24,591 nt of DNA, from positions 1-24,591 of the forward strand of contig JBHLPW010000066.1 of assembly GCA_048939015.1 (NCBI GenBank). The letters run 5' to 3'. Of the stretch, positions 8,922 to 18,073 are shown piece by piece. The notes beneath the pieces were generated by a model. It saw nothing but the letters and a program-made list of their open reading frames with translations. It did no database searches and was not told the DNA's origin. The position numbers were made by a program, and so were the translations under genes. The DNA comes from Promethearchaeota archaeon. Its GTDB lineage: Archaea; Asgardarchaeota; Lokiarchaeia; Sigyniarchaeales; SOKP01. Within the stretch, counting starts at the first letter, position 1. Each line of letters opens with the position of its first letter.

Positions 8922-9818
8922 TTAAATATCAAGAAAATTTTCATCAAGAAAATCTTTAAACATTTTTTTTTTCTCTTCTTCTTTAAGAATTGGTCTTGTA
9001 CTTATAGGTTCTCCTGATTCCTCCAGAATTTCTTTAAGGATTTCGATATTGACATTAATTTTAAAGTTTCCATCTCTCAAAAATCGTACAATCTGTTTTT
9101 CATTTAAATTTAGTCTTAGGAGATAACCTAATCCAAAATAGAATTGATGCTCTGGAATGGGATCAATTGGAGATTTACTTGTTACTTCTTTTAGAACATC
9201 GAATAATAACGCCTTCGAAGCTATATGATCTTCAACGCTAAAGACTAAAAAATAAAGTGCATGGTACCAAATCTTATCGCGTTTATTTTTAACATATTCT
9301 AAAAAATTCTCTGGTGTGACTACTTCCTTTTCTTCTTCTTCCTTTCGTTTTAAAAGCTCTTGTTTGATTCTTTCCTCTAATTCTTTAGAAACACTCTGAC
9401 TAGAATCAATTTCACCTTCGCCTTCAGCCTCTGTCTCCACTTCTTCATGCTTTACGGTTTCAATTGCTTCTTGCATTTCTCTTAACTCATCAAAATCAAT
9501 CTCATCCATATCAGAAAAGTCTGAAATCATAGCTTCTTTGAATTCTTGTTGTTCCTTAAATTCTTCTATGATTTCTATTTCTTCAGTTCTTTCTTCAATA
9601 ATAATTTCGTCTTTAGGTAATTCTTCTCCTTCCTTAACTTTCTCGATTGCTTCTTGGATTTCTTGAAGTTCTTCTATATCTAAATCCTCAATATCTGAAA
9701 AATCAGTCTCAAGTGCTTTCATATCTCTGAGATATGCTTCCAAATCATCATCTTCTAATTCCATTTCATCTGTTTCTAATTCTTTGTCTTCTTTTTCTTG
9801 ATTTTCATTCATTTTCAA
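8922..9818 (-). CDS. Highly acidic hypothetical protein with two 24-aa repeats and a possible C-terminal winged helix
   Basis: E/D-rich N-terminal half and a globular C-terminal half. The start may be the ATG at 9812 rather than the TTG at 9818. It lies 22 nt upstream of engB on the same strand. Confidence 0.8.
   Translation of the reverse strand: MKMNENQEKEDKELETDEMELEDDDLEAYLRDMKALETDFSDIEDLDIEELQEIQEAIEKVKEGEELPKDEIIIEERTEEIEIIEEFKEQQEFKEAMISDFSDMDEIDFDELREMQEAIETVKHEEVETEAEGEGEIDSSQSVSKELEERIKQELLKRKEEEEKEVVTPENFLEYVKNKRDKIWYHALYFLVFSVEDHIASKALLFDVLKEVTSKSPIDPIPEHQFYFGLGYLLRLNLNEKQIVRFLRDGNFKINVNIEILKEILEESGEPISTRPILKEEEKKKMFKDFLDENFLDI
9450..9704 (-). repeat. Two in-frame peptide repeats DFSDxxxxDxxELxExQEAIExVK
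   Basis: aa 39-62 DFSDIEDLDIEELQEIQEAIEKVK and aa 100-123 DFSDMDEIDFDELREMQEAIETVK. Confidence 0.85.
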
Positions 9819-9910
9819 TAAAAAAATAGATATTATATAAAATATTTAATAATTATATAATTAAATTATTGATATTCATATAATTAAAATTGATATTTGG
9901 ATAATTAGAA

Positions 9911-10621
9911 ATGGAAAAAATTAACTTAGAGAAATATAAAGGGATTATCTTTGATATGGATGGTGTGATTTATGATATTTCCGAAGCAATTAAAAAAGCG
10001 GTTGATGACTCTGTAGAAAAATATGCAATGACCGTGAACCCTGATGATGTAATGGAAGAAATTGCCCATCTAATTGAAGAAATCCAGAATTATCCTGTAC
10101 CTAAAATTCTTTTAAATTCATATGATTTATTAAAAGTCAAATTTTTAGAAGGAATTAGTTACTTTAAGAAACTTCGAATCGCAATCTTTATGTTTAATCA
10201 ATTTAACAAATATAAGGAAGCAGAATCAAGAATTTTTGATGGCATAGATGATCTTATTTCAAAATTAGCTAAAAGGGTTAAATTAGCGATATTAACAAAT
10301 AATAAGAGTCAGTATGCTGAGGAAGTTCTAGACAAATTTAAGCTTTCAGAATATTTCGAAACAATTGTGGGATTTAATGAAGTGACAGAAGTCAAACCGA
10401 ACCCAGAAGGAATTTTGAAAATTCTTGATAAATGGAATCTGAAACCATCAGATGTTATTTTTATAGGAGATATGACCACTGATGTTGATGCTGGAAAAGC
10501 AGCAAAAGTTAAAATGATTTGTGTGGCTAGTGGTTTAGCACAAAAAAAAAATTTACTTGAACATAATCCTGATATACTAGTGGATAACACTGAAAATTTA
10601 ATTAAACTCTTTAACATTTAG
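9911..10621 (+). CDS. HAD-superfamily hydrolase (phosphoglycolate phosphatase-like)
   Basis: IIFDMDGVI, ILTN, KPNPEG, FIGDMTTDVDAGKAA. Confidence 0.92.
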   Translation: MEKINLEKYKGIIFDMDGVIYDISEAIKKAVDDSVEKYAMTVNPDDVMEEIAHLIEEIQNYPVPKILLNSYDLLKVKFLEGISYFKKLRIAIFMFNQFNKYKEAESRIFDGIDDLISKLAKRVKLAILTNNKSQYAEEVLDKFKLSEYFETIVGFNEVTEVKPNPEGILKILDKWNLKPSDVIFIGDMTTDVDAGKAAKVKMICVASGLAQKKNLLEHNPDILVDNTENLIKLFNI

Positions 10622-10845
10622 CTTATATCTAACTTATAGTAATGAGAGATTTTTAGTTACTTTACTTTTTTGTAGCATCAATACGAAATTAGTCGGTAAT
10701 GATCTAACATATACATTATTTTTTTTTCCACTCATTTAAAAATTGAACGAGAATTAAGGATTTCAAAAAATTTCAATGTACTTTTACAATTTCTTCATTT
10801 TCTTCTAACTTTGAATGTTAATAAATCATAGAAGTGATTTCGAAA

Positions 10846-11973
10846 ATGGCATTAGAATATGATTATATTTATTTAAATACGGAAATGATGTGTATTTTAA
10901 TAGCTGCGACGATAATATTGGGCTATGTGGCTCGAAGAAAACGTGAAATGTTAAAGTGGATGCCTGTATATATTATTGCTAGCTTTGATGCGATACTCAG
11001 AACTGTATCAACTTTTGTTGAGGGTTTGTCATCCATGACAGGGATGGTTTCTGCTTTAACTGCTATTTCTATGTTCATAATTATTTCATTAGAATACTAT
11101 AATATTTTTATTAAACCAAAGAAAAATTCAAATCAGAATAAAGTTATTTCAAAGTTGATGGCAGTAACGGGATTTTCTCCAGGTGCAATTGGAATACTTG
11201 GTTTAATGTGTATTCTTACTTCTATTAATGTTATACTCTATATAAGAATCTATTTTAAAAAGAGGAGTCCAACAAGCACTTTCCTGCTCTTGTCAACGAT
11301 TTCTAATTTTATTGTTTATCTTAGCATTATCACCTTCGCTGTTGGTTTTATTCCGTCTCCCGAACTTGGTCAAGGAGTATATTTATTTTTCGCAACCATT
11401 TTATTAACAACAGCAATCGTTGCATTTGTAGAAATAAAAATTCAAAAATATCAAGAACTCCTTGAAAATGTTGTAAATACAGGCTCTGAAGCAAGTATTA
11501 ATGTGTCAAATATTGCTACAGAGCTTGCCGCTAGTGCTACTGAAGTAAATTCTGCTTCGGAAGAAATTTCGTCAACTACTCAAAATGTTGCTAATAAAAC
11601 ATTAAAAATGATGGAAGCTTCAAATAAAATTCAGAATATTATGGATATTATCACAAATATTTCAGATCAAACTAACCTTTTAGCACTTAACGCAAGCATC
11701 GAAGCAGGTAGAGCTGGTGAACATGGCAGAGGATTTGCAGTTGTAGCAGATGAAGTTAGAAAACTTGCTGAGGAATCAAAAAAGGTTGTTCATCAAACAA
11801 GGGGAGATATTAAAGAAATGATTAAGGAGATCAATAAAACTTCCAATTCAATCTTAGAAATAAGCGCTTCAACTGAACAACAAACATCTTCTTTAGAAGA
11901 AATTACAACAACCGCAATTAAATTAGGAAACCTAGCAGAACAATTAAAAAATAGCTTAAATTTTGAAACATGA
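10846..11973 (+). CDS. Methyl-accepting chemotaxis-like protein with ~6-TM N-terminal sensor
   Basis: [40 protein letters not shown] hairpin tip and a hydrophobic first ~200 aa. ATG at 10846; alternative GTG at 10834. Confidence 0.92.
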   Translation: MALEYDYIYLNTEMMCILIAATIILGYVARRKREMLKWMPVYIIASFDAILRTVSTFVEGLSSMTGMVSALTAISMFIIISLEYYNIFIKPKKNSNQNKVISKLMAVTGFSPGAIGILGLMCILTSINVILYIRIYFKKRSPTSTFLLLSTISNFIVYLSIITFAVGFIPSPELGQGVYLFFATILLTTAIVAFVEIKIQKYQELLENVVNTGSEASINVSNIATELAASATEVNSASEEISSTTQNVANKTLKMMEASNKIQNIMDIITNISDQTNLLALNASIEAGRAGEHGRGFAVVADEVRKLAEESKKVVHQTRGDIKEMIKEINKTSNSILEISASTEQQTSSLEEITTTAIKLGNLAEQLKNSLNFET

Positions 11974-12115
11974 GTTATTTTTAAACGATTTAGGGATTAA
12001 CATCATAATTATTAGTTTCACATCATAATAACTTAAAATTATTGTTTTACCAAGGCTTAAAAAATCCTATTTATACTATAAGGAAAATAATTATAAAAAA
12101 ATTTTATTCTATAAG

Positions 12116-12670
12116 ATGAGTGATAAAGCTTTTGGGTTTAAAATAACCGTTGTTGGTGACGGTGCTGTTGGTAAAACTTCACTTATTAAGAGATATACTA
12201 CAAATACATTTGAAAAAGATTATATTTCTACCTTAGGTATGCAATTCTCAAGATATGAAGAAACTGTCAACGGAGAAATGGTCGAATTATTTTTATGGGA
12301 TTTAGCAGGTCAAGAATCATTTGTATCATTACGTGAAAAATTTTACCAAGGAAGTAGTGGAGCTATTATTGTTTTTTCACTTGCTCCTGAAGAAATCGAA
12401 TCTTATCATCGTATTGATAAATGGTTATCAAATATTAAGGAAGCTTGTGGTAGAATCCCTATAATTCTGTTTGGTAATAAAGCTGATTTAGTTGATCAAG
12501 ACGCATTAGTATCCAGTCCAGATTATGCTACGTCAGATGTCCATGTAAAAAAATTAGCCCAAGATCATAATATTATGGAATACTTTAAAACTAGTGCTTT
12601 AACAGGCCAAGGTGTTAAAGAAGGGTTTCAAACATTAGTTTTTAAATTATATCAACGAGCTACTCTCTAA
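12116..12670 (+). CDS. Ras-superfamily (Rab-like) small GTPase
   Basis: GDGAVGKT, YISTLG, WDLAGQE, GNKAD, TSAL. No C-terminal Cys. Confidence 0.95.
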   Translation: MSDKAFGFKITVVGDGAVGKTSLIKRYTTNTFEKDYISTLGMQFSRYEETVNGEMVELFLWDLAGQESFVSLREKFYQGSSGAIIVFSLAPEEIESYHRIDKWLSNIKEACGRIPIILFGNKADLVDQDALVSSPDYATSDVHVKKLAQDHNIMEYFKTSALTGQGVKEGFQTLVFKLYQRATL

Positions 12671-12862
12671 CAATTATTATAATAACAAGTTACGATATCA
12701 ATTTTGCATAATAATTAATCTCATGTTTTCTAAGATATAGAGATATTATATTAATTTTAATTGCTACAATATTATCTGTAATTTTTGTGGTGTAAAAATT
12801 TATAATAGCAGATTATTATTATATAACAAAGTAAATTAACCCGGGATGGATTGATAAGCTTA

Positions 12863-13435
12863 ATGAGTGATGAAGAGAAAGGATATGGTTTTAAAATTAC
12901 TGTCGTTGGTGATGGTGCTGTTGGGAAAACTTCATTAATCAAAAAATATACTCAAGGTTCTTTTCAAAAACAGTATATAGCGACATTAGGGACCCAATTT
13001 TCTAAATATGAGGAAATAATTGATGATGAGAAAGTTGAGTTATATCTTTGGGATATTGCAGGTCAAGATCAATTTCAAGCATTACGTCAAAGGTTTTATA
13101 CAGGGAGTAGTGGTGCTATAATTGTTTTTTCTCACGCTCCAGAGCAAAATAAAAGTTATGAACATGTTTCTCGATGGCTTGAGGACCTAAAAAAACATTG
13201 CGGAAACATACCTTTAGTTTTATTTGGAAATAAAGTGGATTTAATTGATGAGGCAGAATTAAGCTCAAATCCTGGTTCTCCAACATCAGATATAAATGTA
13301 GAAAAATTTGCAAAGGATAATAAATTTATAGGGTACTATAAAACGAGTGCTCTGACAGGACAAGGAGTTACTGATGCTTTTAAAGTTCTGGTTAGAAAAT
13401 TATATGCAATTGCAAAAGTCTCAGATTTCTTATAA
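12863..13435 (+). CDS. Ras-superfamily (Rab-like) small GTPase, tandem paralog
   Basis: GDGAVGKT, YIATLG, WDIAGQD, GNKVD, TSAL. ATG at 12863 matches the paralog's MSD start; alternative TTG at 12851. Confidence 0.95.
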   Translation: MSDEEKGYGFKITVVGDGAVGKTSLIKKYTQGSFQKQYIATLGTQFSKYEEIIDDEKVELYLWDIAGQDQFQALRQRFYTGSSGAIIVFSHAPEQNKSYEHVSRWLEDLKKHCGNIPLVLFGNKVDLIDEAELSSNPGSPTSDINVEKFAKDNKFIGYYKTSALTGQGVTDAFKVLVRKLYAIAKVSDFL

Positions 13436-13463
13436 ATTTTAAAAGCATAGGTTAGTGGTTAAT

Positions 13464-14021
13464 TCACTTAAATTTTATGTATTTATATCCTTTATCTTCA
13501 AGAATTTTTAGTACTAAAATTCTAAAAACTGATTCTACATTCTCTCCTGTTTTTGAAGAACATTCAATATATTTATAGAAATTATATCTTGTCATTATTT
13601 CTGACACGTCATCTTTTTTACAAACCCTTTGTTGATCAAGATCTAATTTACCACCGACCATTATCAGAGGTATAGATCTAACTGTCTTCCCATATTCTGG
13701 AAGCCAATCATTTAACGCAATTAAACTTTCATCATTAGTAAGATCAAACATAAAAATTGCTCCAACTGAACCTCGAGCATAACTTGATATGAGGAATTTA
13801 AACCTCTTCTGACCACCAAAATCCCATATGTGAAGTGTTACTTTTCCATTCTCCAACTCTATATCTTTAATATGTATTGATGCCCCTAGAGTCGCTTGCA
13901 TATTTTCATGAAATTCATCTGTCAAATAACGATGTACCAATGTTGTCTTTCCAACACCTTTATCGCCGAAAATACAAATCTTGTATGCGAATTCTTGCCC
14001 TTTTTGTCTTATTCCTTCCAT
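13464..14021 (-). CDS. Ras-superfamily (Rab-like) small GTPase with atypical G4/G5
   Basis: GDKGVGKT, ATLG, WDFGGQ, GGKLD, CSSK. Confidence 0.93.
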   Translation of the reverse strand: MEGIRQKGQEFAYKICIFGDKGVGKTTLVHRYLTDEFHENMQATLGASIHIKDIELENGKVTLHIWDFGGQKRFKFLISSYARGSVGAIFMFDLTNDESLIALNDWLPEYGKTVRSIPLIMVGGKLDLDQQRVCKKDDVSEIMTRYNFYKYIECSSKTGENVESVFRILVLKILEDKGYKYIKFK

Positions 14022-14155
14022 TTTTAACTATTTGAATATTAGTGCATTTAATCAATAATAGAGATAATTCTTCCATATCTTATTATATTTTAGTAATATA
14101 TCTAAAAATTATTTAGAAATGAATTGAATAAAAAAAATAAGCTATAAAAAAGGTT

Positions 14156-16408
14156 TTAGGTTCGTTTGTATATAAACCTTTCCCAACTCTTTCTGGAAGG
14201 CATTTCCTCAGGCATTCCTTTCCTTCTACGAATTTCCATAATGAGATCTTCTTCTAATGAAGGAGGAACTTTTTCAAAACCTTTAAACTCGTATCCGAAA
14301 AACGCTCTACCTTGGGTGGAGCCTCTAATATCATCAGCAATGCCAATTGTTTCTGCTGCTGGAATTTGACCTTGAATCCTTACATATTCCCCTTCAGGTA
14401 TTACATTAGTAATTCTACCTCTTCTTTTAGTTATGATTGCAGTTACCCCTCCTTCACTTCCTTGGGGCGTTTTAATGTCAATTTTCTGAATTGGTTCGAA
14501 GAGATGAGGTTTTGCATCTAACATAGCTAGCGACATAGCAGAGAATGCCATACCTGCAATCTGCCCATATTGAGTATGTCTTGGGTCTTCGTGTATAGTC
14601 ATATCTGTAAATACTACTTTTATACCGGTTGCTGGTTCTTTTGCTATAATACAATTACCAAGCCAATCTCTAAAAGCAGCACTTAAATAGGATCTGACAC
14701 GATCAAATCTTTGTAATCCCGTAGTACCATTTACCAAAGCACTTCCTTGATAAACATCGACTATACGTCTTGCTTCTTTCGCGTCCCATCCAGCTTCCTC
14801 CCTGAGTATTTGAGCACGATCCTTATCATTTTGAAGATCATTAACTTTACCGGTTTCAATCAGTCTTTCAGTGAGCTCATCTAAAGGTTCAATATAGAGT
14901 AAAATCCGATTGTGTGTGTTTGCTGACTTTGTATAATAGTCCGGGCTTTTTTCCGTGATTTTCTCTCGATAAACGATGATTGGTTCTCCAATATTAATTT
15001 CAACTTGATTATTAATTCTTTTCACTAAGATTTCAATTTGTAGTGGATCTATTCCTGAAAGAATAAATTCACCTGACTCTTCATCTCTTCTATATTCTGC
15101 TGTGGGATCAGCTTTTAACCACTTACTAACAACCTCATCCAATTTATCAATTTCATGTGGATCTTTTGGCTTTATACTTCTTGACACAACAGCTTCACAC
15201 GCATAATGAATTTTTTCAAAAGATGGCAATCTTTGTTTCTCTTCTTTATCTTTAGGAACATCATTGGCAAGCATAAATGTCTCACCAGAAGGACATATAA
15301 AACCAAACAATGCAAAAAGATTTCCTGCTGGAATTTTAGGAATGTCTAAAATGTCGGTAATCTCCATAACACCCAATCTTTTTACTCTACTGCTTGAATC
15401 ACTATTTATAAGATAAATAGAATCAGTTTGATCAAATGTCCCTGAAAAGACACGACCTATGAGAGTAGGTTGATAATTTCTCTTAGGATCAAGAAATATT
15501 TTTGTAATCATACCGTAGAGTGGTCCATTAGGATCGCTTTTTTGAAGTGCTTGTCCCAATTCTGAATTTAAATCTCCACCCCATACATGAGGGATTCTAT
15601 ACTTTGAAGCTGCAATAGGATCAGGAAGATGATCAACAATCATTCTTAACATTGGTTCATCTAATGGTAGATTATCCCTTAACCATTGAATATCTCCTTC
15701 ATTATATTTCTCAAAGACATTTTGAGGTTTAAGACCCTTTTCAATTAATATTTCATAAGTAAAACCCCAACCATGTTTAGCTGAACCAACCGCAACAGAA
15801 TTCTTGGCAAAATCAATGCTCCAATCAGATCCTTCGGGCCTTACTTTTTTAATTAAATCATTAACCTCTCGTGTAATTTTATCAATTTTTTCAAAAGTCT
15901 CTTGGGGGCTTAATTTTAATTCACTTATCAACCTATCAACTTTATTTATAAAAAGGACAGGTTTACAATATTCCTCACCTACAGATAGCCTAATATTTGT
16001 TTCAGTTTGAGTCATAACGCCCTCAAGGGCATCTACCAATACTATAGCACCATCACTACCTCTAAGAGCTCTGGATACTTCTCCAGTAAAACTTATATGC
16101 CCTGGAGTATCGTTGAGTTGAATAATATATGGTTCCTCATCATCAGGTTTCCGTGGATCATTGAATGCAAGGAGTACTACAGATGTAAAAATTGTAATTC
16201 CTCTCTCTTGCTCCTCATCATCTGAGTCTGTCATCTGAAGTTGACCAGCATCTTCAGGTCTCATAAGTCCAGCTCTACGAAGTAAATAGTCTGTAGCAGT
16301 AGTTTTACCGTGATCAATGTGAGCTGTGATACTGAAAATTCTTTTCTTTTCATATGAACCAGAAGTGACTAGTTTAGCGATTTCATCCGGGTTTTTCACT
16401 TTAACCAT
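14156..16408 (-). CDS. fusA: Archaeal translation elongation factor 2 (aEF-2 or its Asgard paralog)
   Basis: AHIDHGKTT, ERGITI, DTPGH, NKVDR, SAKHGWG, PIIVYRE, HEDPRH, LFEPIQ, DIRGSTQGRA, IRRRKG. Confidence 0.93.
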   Translation of the reverse strand: MVKVKNPDEIAKLVTSGSYEKKRIFSITAHIDHGKTTATDYLLRRAGLMRPEDAGQLQMTDSDDEEQERGITIFTSVVLLAFNDPRKPDDEEPYIIQLNDTPGHISFTGEVSRALRGSDGAIVLVDALEGVMTQTETNIRLSVGEEYCKPVLFINKVDRLISELKLSPQETFEKIDKITREVNDLIKKVRPEGSDWSIDFAKNSVAVGSAKHGWGFTYEILIEKGLKPQNVFEKYNEGDIQWLRDNLPLDEPMLRMIVDHLPDPIAASKYRIPHVWGGDLNSELGQALQKSDPNGPLYGMITKIFLDPKRNYQPTLIGRVFSGTFDQTDSIYLINSDSSSRVKRLGVMEITDILDIPKIPAGNLFALFGFICPSGETFMLANDVPKDKEEKQRLPSFEKIHYACEAVVSRSIKPKDPHEIDKLDEVVSKWLKADPTAEYRRDEESGEFILSGIDPLQIEILVKRINNQVEINIGEPIIVYREKITEKSPDYYTKSANTHNRILLYIEPLDELTERLIETGKVNDLQNDKDRAQILREEAGWDAKEARRIVDVYQGSALVNGTTGLQRFDRVRSYLSAAFRDWLGNCIIAKEPATGIKVVFTDMTIHEDPRHTQYGQIAGMAFSAMSLAMLDAKPHLFEPIQKIDIKTPQGSEGGVTAIITKRRGRITNVIPEGEYVRIQGQIPAAETIGIADDIRGSTQGRAFFGYEFKGFEKVPPSLEEDLIMEIRRRKGMPEEMPSRKSWERFIYKRT

Positions 16409-16533
16409 TAATAATTCACATCTTACTAAATATAATTAATTCTTATGTAATTATTAAAGAAAAGAATACGAGAATTGATAAAAGTTTTATGATTCTATTA
16501 GATAAAGTAATAAATTTAGTTAATACACATTTC

Positions 16534-17991
16534 TTAGGTACAGAAAGGTAATATCATATTTTGTAGGATATAAATAGCCTTTTTCCCAGATGAATTAACA
16601 GTATCAAAAGCGATCGAAATATTAGTAATAGCAAAATTATCTGGAATCTTATCCTGTATAAAAATATTTAAATAATCAATGAAATCTGTATATTCTCTTG
16701 AAGTTCTCACCCATAAATAACCATTTTTTTCAAAAAAGCCAGGATTTTTTCGTTTAAAATTAATTACATGGTTCTTTTCTCCAGTAGGAGGTCCTCTACG
16801 ATCATAAGTTTTAGAGATATGAGGCTTTTCGCAATAAAAAGTTAAATTATATTGATCTTTTTCATCTTCGAAATAAACATCGCAAATAATATTCCCAAAA
16901 CGTTCAGCATGGGAAAATTCTTTTTCACCATTTACTATTAGACTTTCACCCAGAGAGTATAATTTATCTCGGTTAATTGTATAATGAATATCTTTATCAT
17001 TATTTTGCATTTCTACGATATATGTATGAGAAAGATCAACATCAGATTTATTGGATAAATCAATTTCGGGAATAGGTTCAATTTTAAAAAATTCTATACT
17101 AGGTTTTTTTAAAAATTCACTGATTTTATAATTACAATATCTATAGGCTCTTTCAGAAATTGCCGAAGCAACATTTCGATTTTTATCTATAGGATCAATT
17201 ATGATTAGATGGTCATTCTGAAAATGGGGAATTTTTTTCAGTTCTTTCTCAGTTCTGTTAAAAAAGTCGAGTGAAATTGAATTTAATTTATTAAAATTTT
17301 TAAAGAGATTATAAAGGTTTTCAAAATAATAAATTAATAATTCTGCGCTATATCCTATGAAACCAACTTTTCCTACTGGACTTTTATCTCCGTAACTATA
17401 ACAAGATTTAAAGAATTGCTTTAAAATTCTTACTTCATTTTTTTGGGTTTGGTTTAGCTTATCTCTAACGAAATAACCATGCCAAGGGGATCTATCAACC
17501 GCAGTTATAGGTCCATTTTTATTTATGTATTTCGAATCTAAATTAAAATATAATACAATATCGATCTTAATTTTAGTATGATTTGAAACATATTCTACTG
17601 TAACGTATGGATGCTCTGCGTATAAAAGGCGAGGGTTATGAAATTCGACTTCCATTAAACTTGGAAGAATCCATTTATTACATAATGATAAAAAATCCTT
17701 TTTTGATTCTTTTTTTAATTTACTTTTACTCATTCCTTTATATTTGGATTTATAAAGCTCATAATCTAATCCAACAAATAGATCTATATCAAAGTCATTT
17801 CTTAATTGAGTTTGTTTAATCCCTGTTGAGCCTTGAGGTTCTATTTTTGTATAATTTAGATTTAATTCTTTTGCTTTATTATCCAATAATTTTGTTAATT
17901 TGTTTCCAATTATTTTGATGAACTCTATTTCTCTTTGAGTCGGAGTAATTTCTTTTAGAATTTCCTTGAAAATTTCATGGTACTTTGTCAT
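16534..17991 (-). CDS. cca: CCA-adding enzyme, archaeal class I
   Basis: QGS...DFDIDLF, YAEHPYV, TAVDRSPWH, EVRILKQF, GFIGYSAELL, IIDPIDKNRNVASA, RGPP. Confidence 0.93.
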   Translation of the reverse strand: MTKYHEIFKEILKEITPTQREIEFIKIIGNKLTKLLDNKAKELNLNYTKIEPQGSTGIKQTQLRNDFDIDLFVGLDYELYKSKYKGMSKSKLKKESKKDFLSLCNKWILPSLMEVEFHNPRLLYAEHPYVTVEYVSNHTKIKIDIVLYFNLDSKYINKNGPITAVDRSPWHGYFVRDKLNQTQKNEVRILKQFFKSCYSYGDKSPVGKVGFIGYSAELLIYYFENLYNLFKNFNKLNSISLDFFNRTEKELKKIPHFQNDHLIIIDPIDKNRNVASAISERAYRYCNYKISEFLKKPSIEFFKIEPIPEIDLSNKSDVDLSHTYIVEMQNNDKDIHYTINRDKLYSLGESLIVNGEKEFSHAERFGNIICDVYFEDEKDQYNLTFYCEKPHISKTYDRRGPPTGEKNHVINFKRKNPGFFEKNGYLWVRTSREYTDFIDYLNIFIQDKIPDNFAITNISIAFDTVNSSGKKAIYILQNMILPFCT

Positions 17992-18073
17992 CTACACATC
18001 TATTATAAATTTACTTAGCTAAAACTTTTTCTAATTGAATTTTTTTTGAGAACTCAAAATCAATTAGACATGA

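Noticed and set aside
7088-14021. Complete eukaryote-like prenylation/methylation pathway for the GTPases
   Set aside because: None of the three GTPases ends in CAAX/CC/CXC and no prenyltransferase is in the window.
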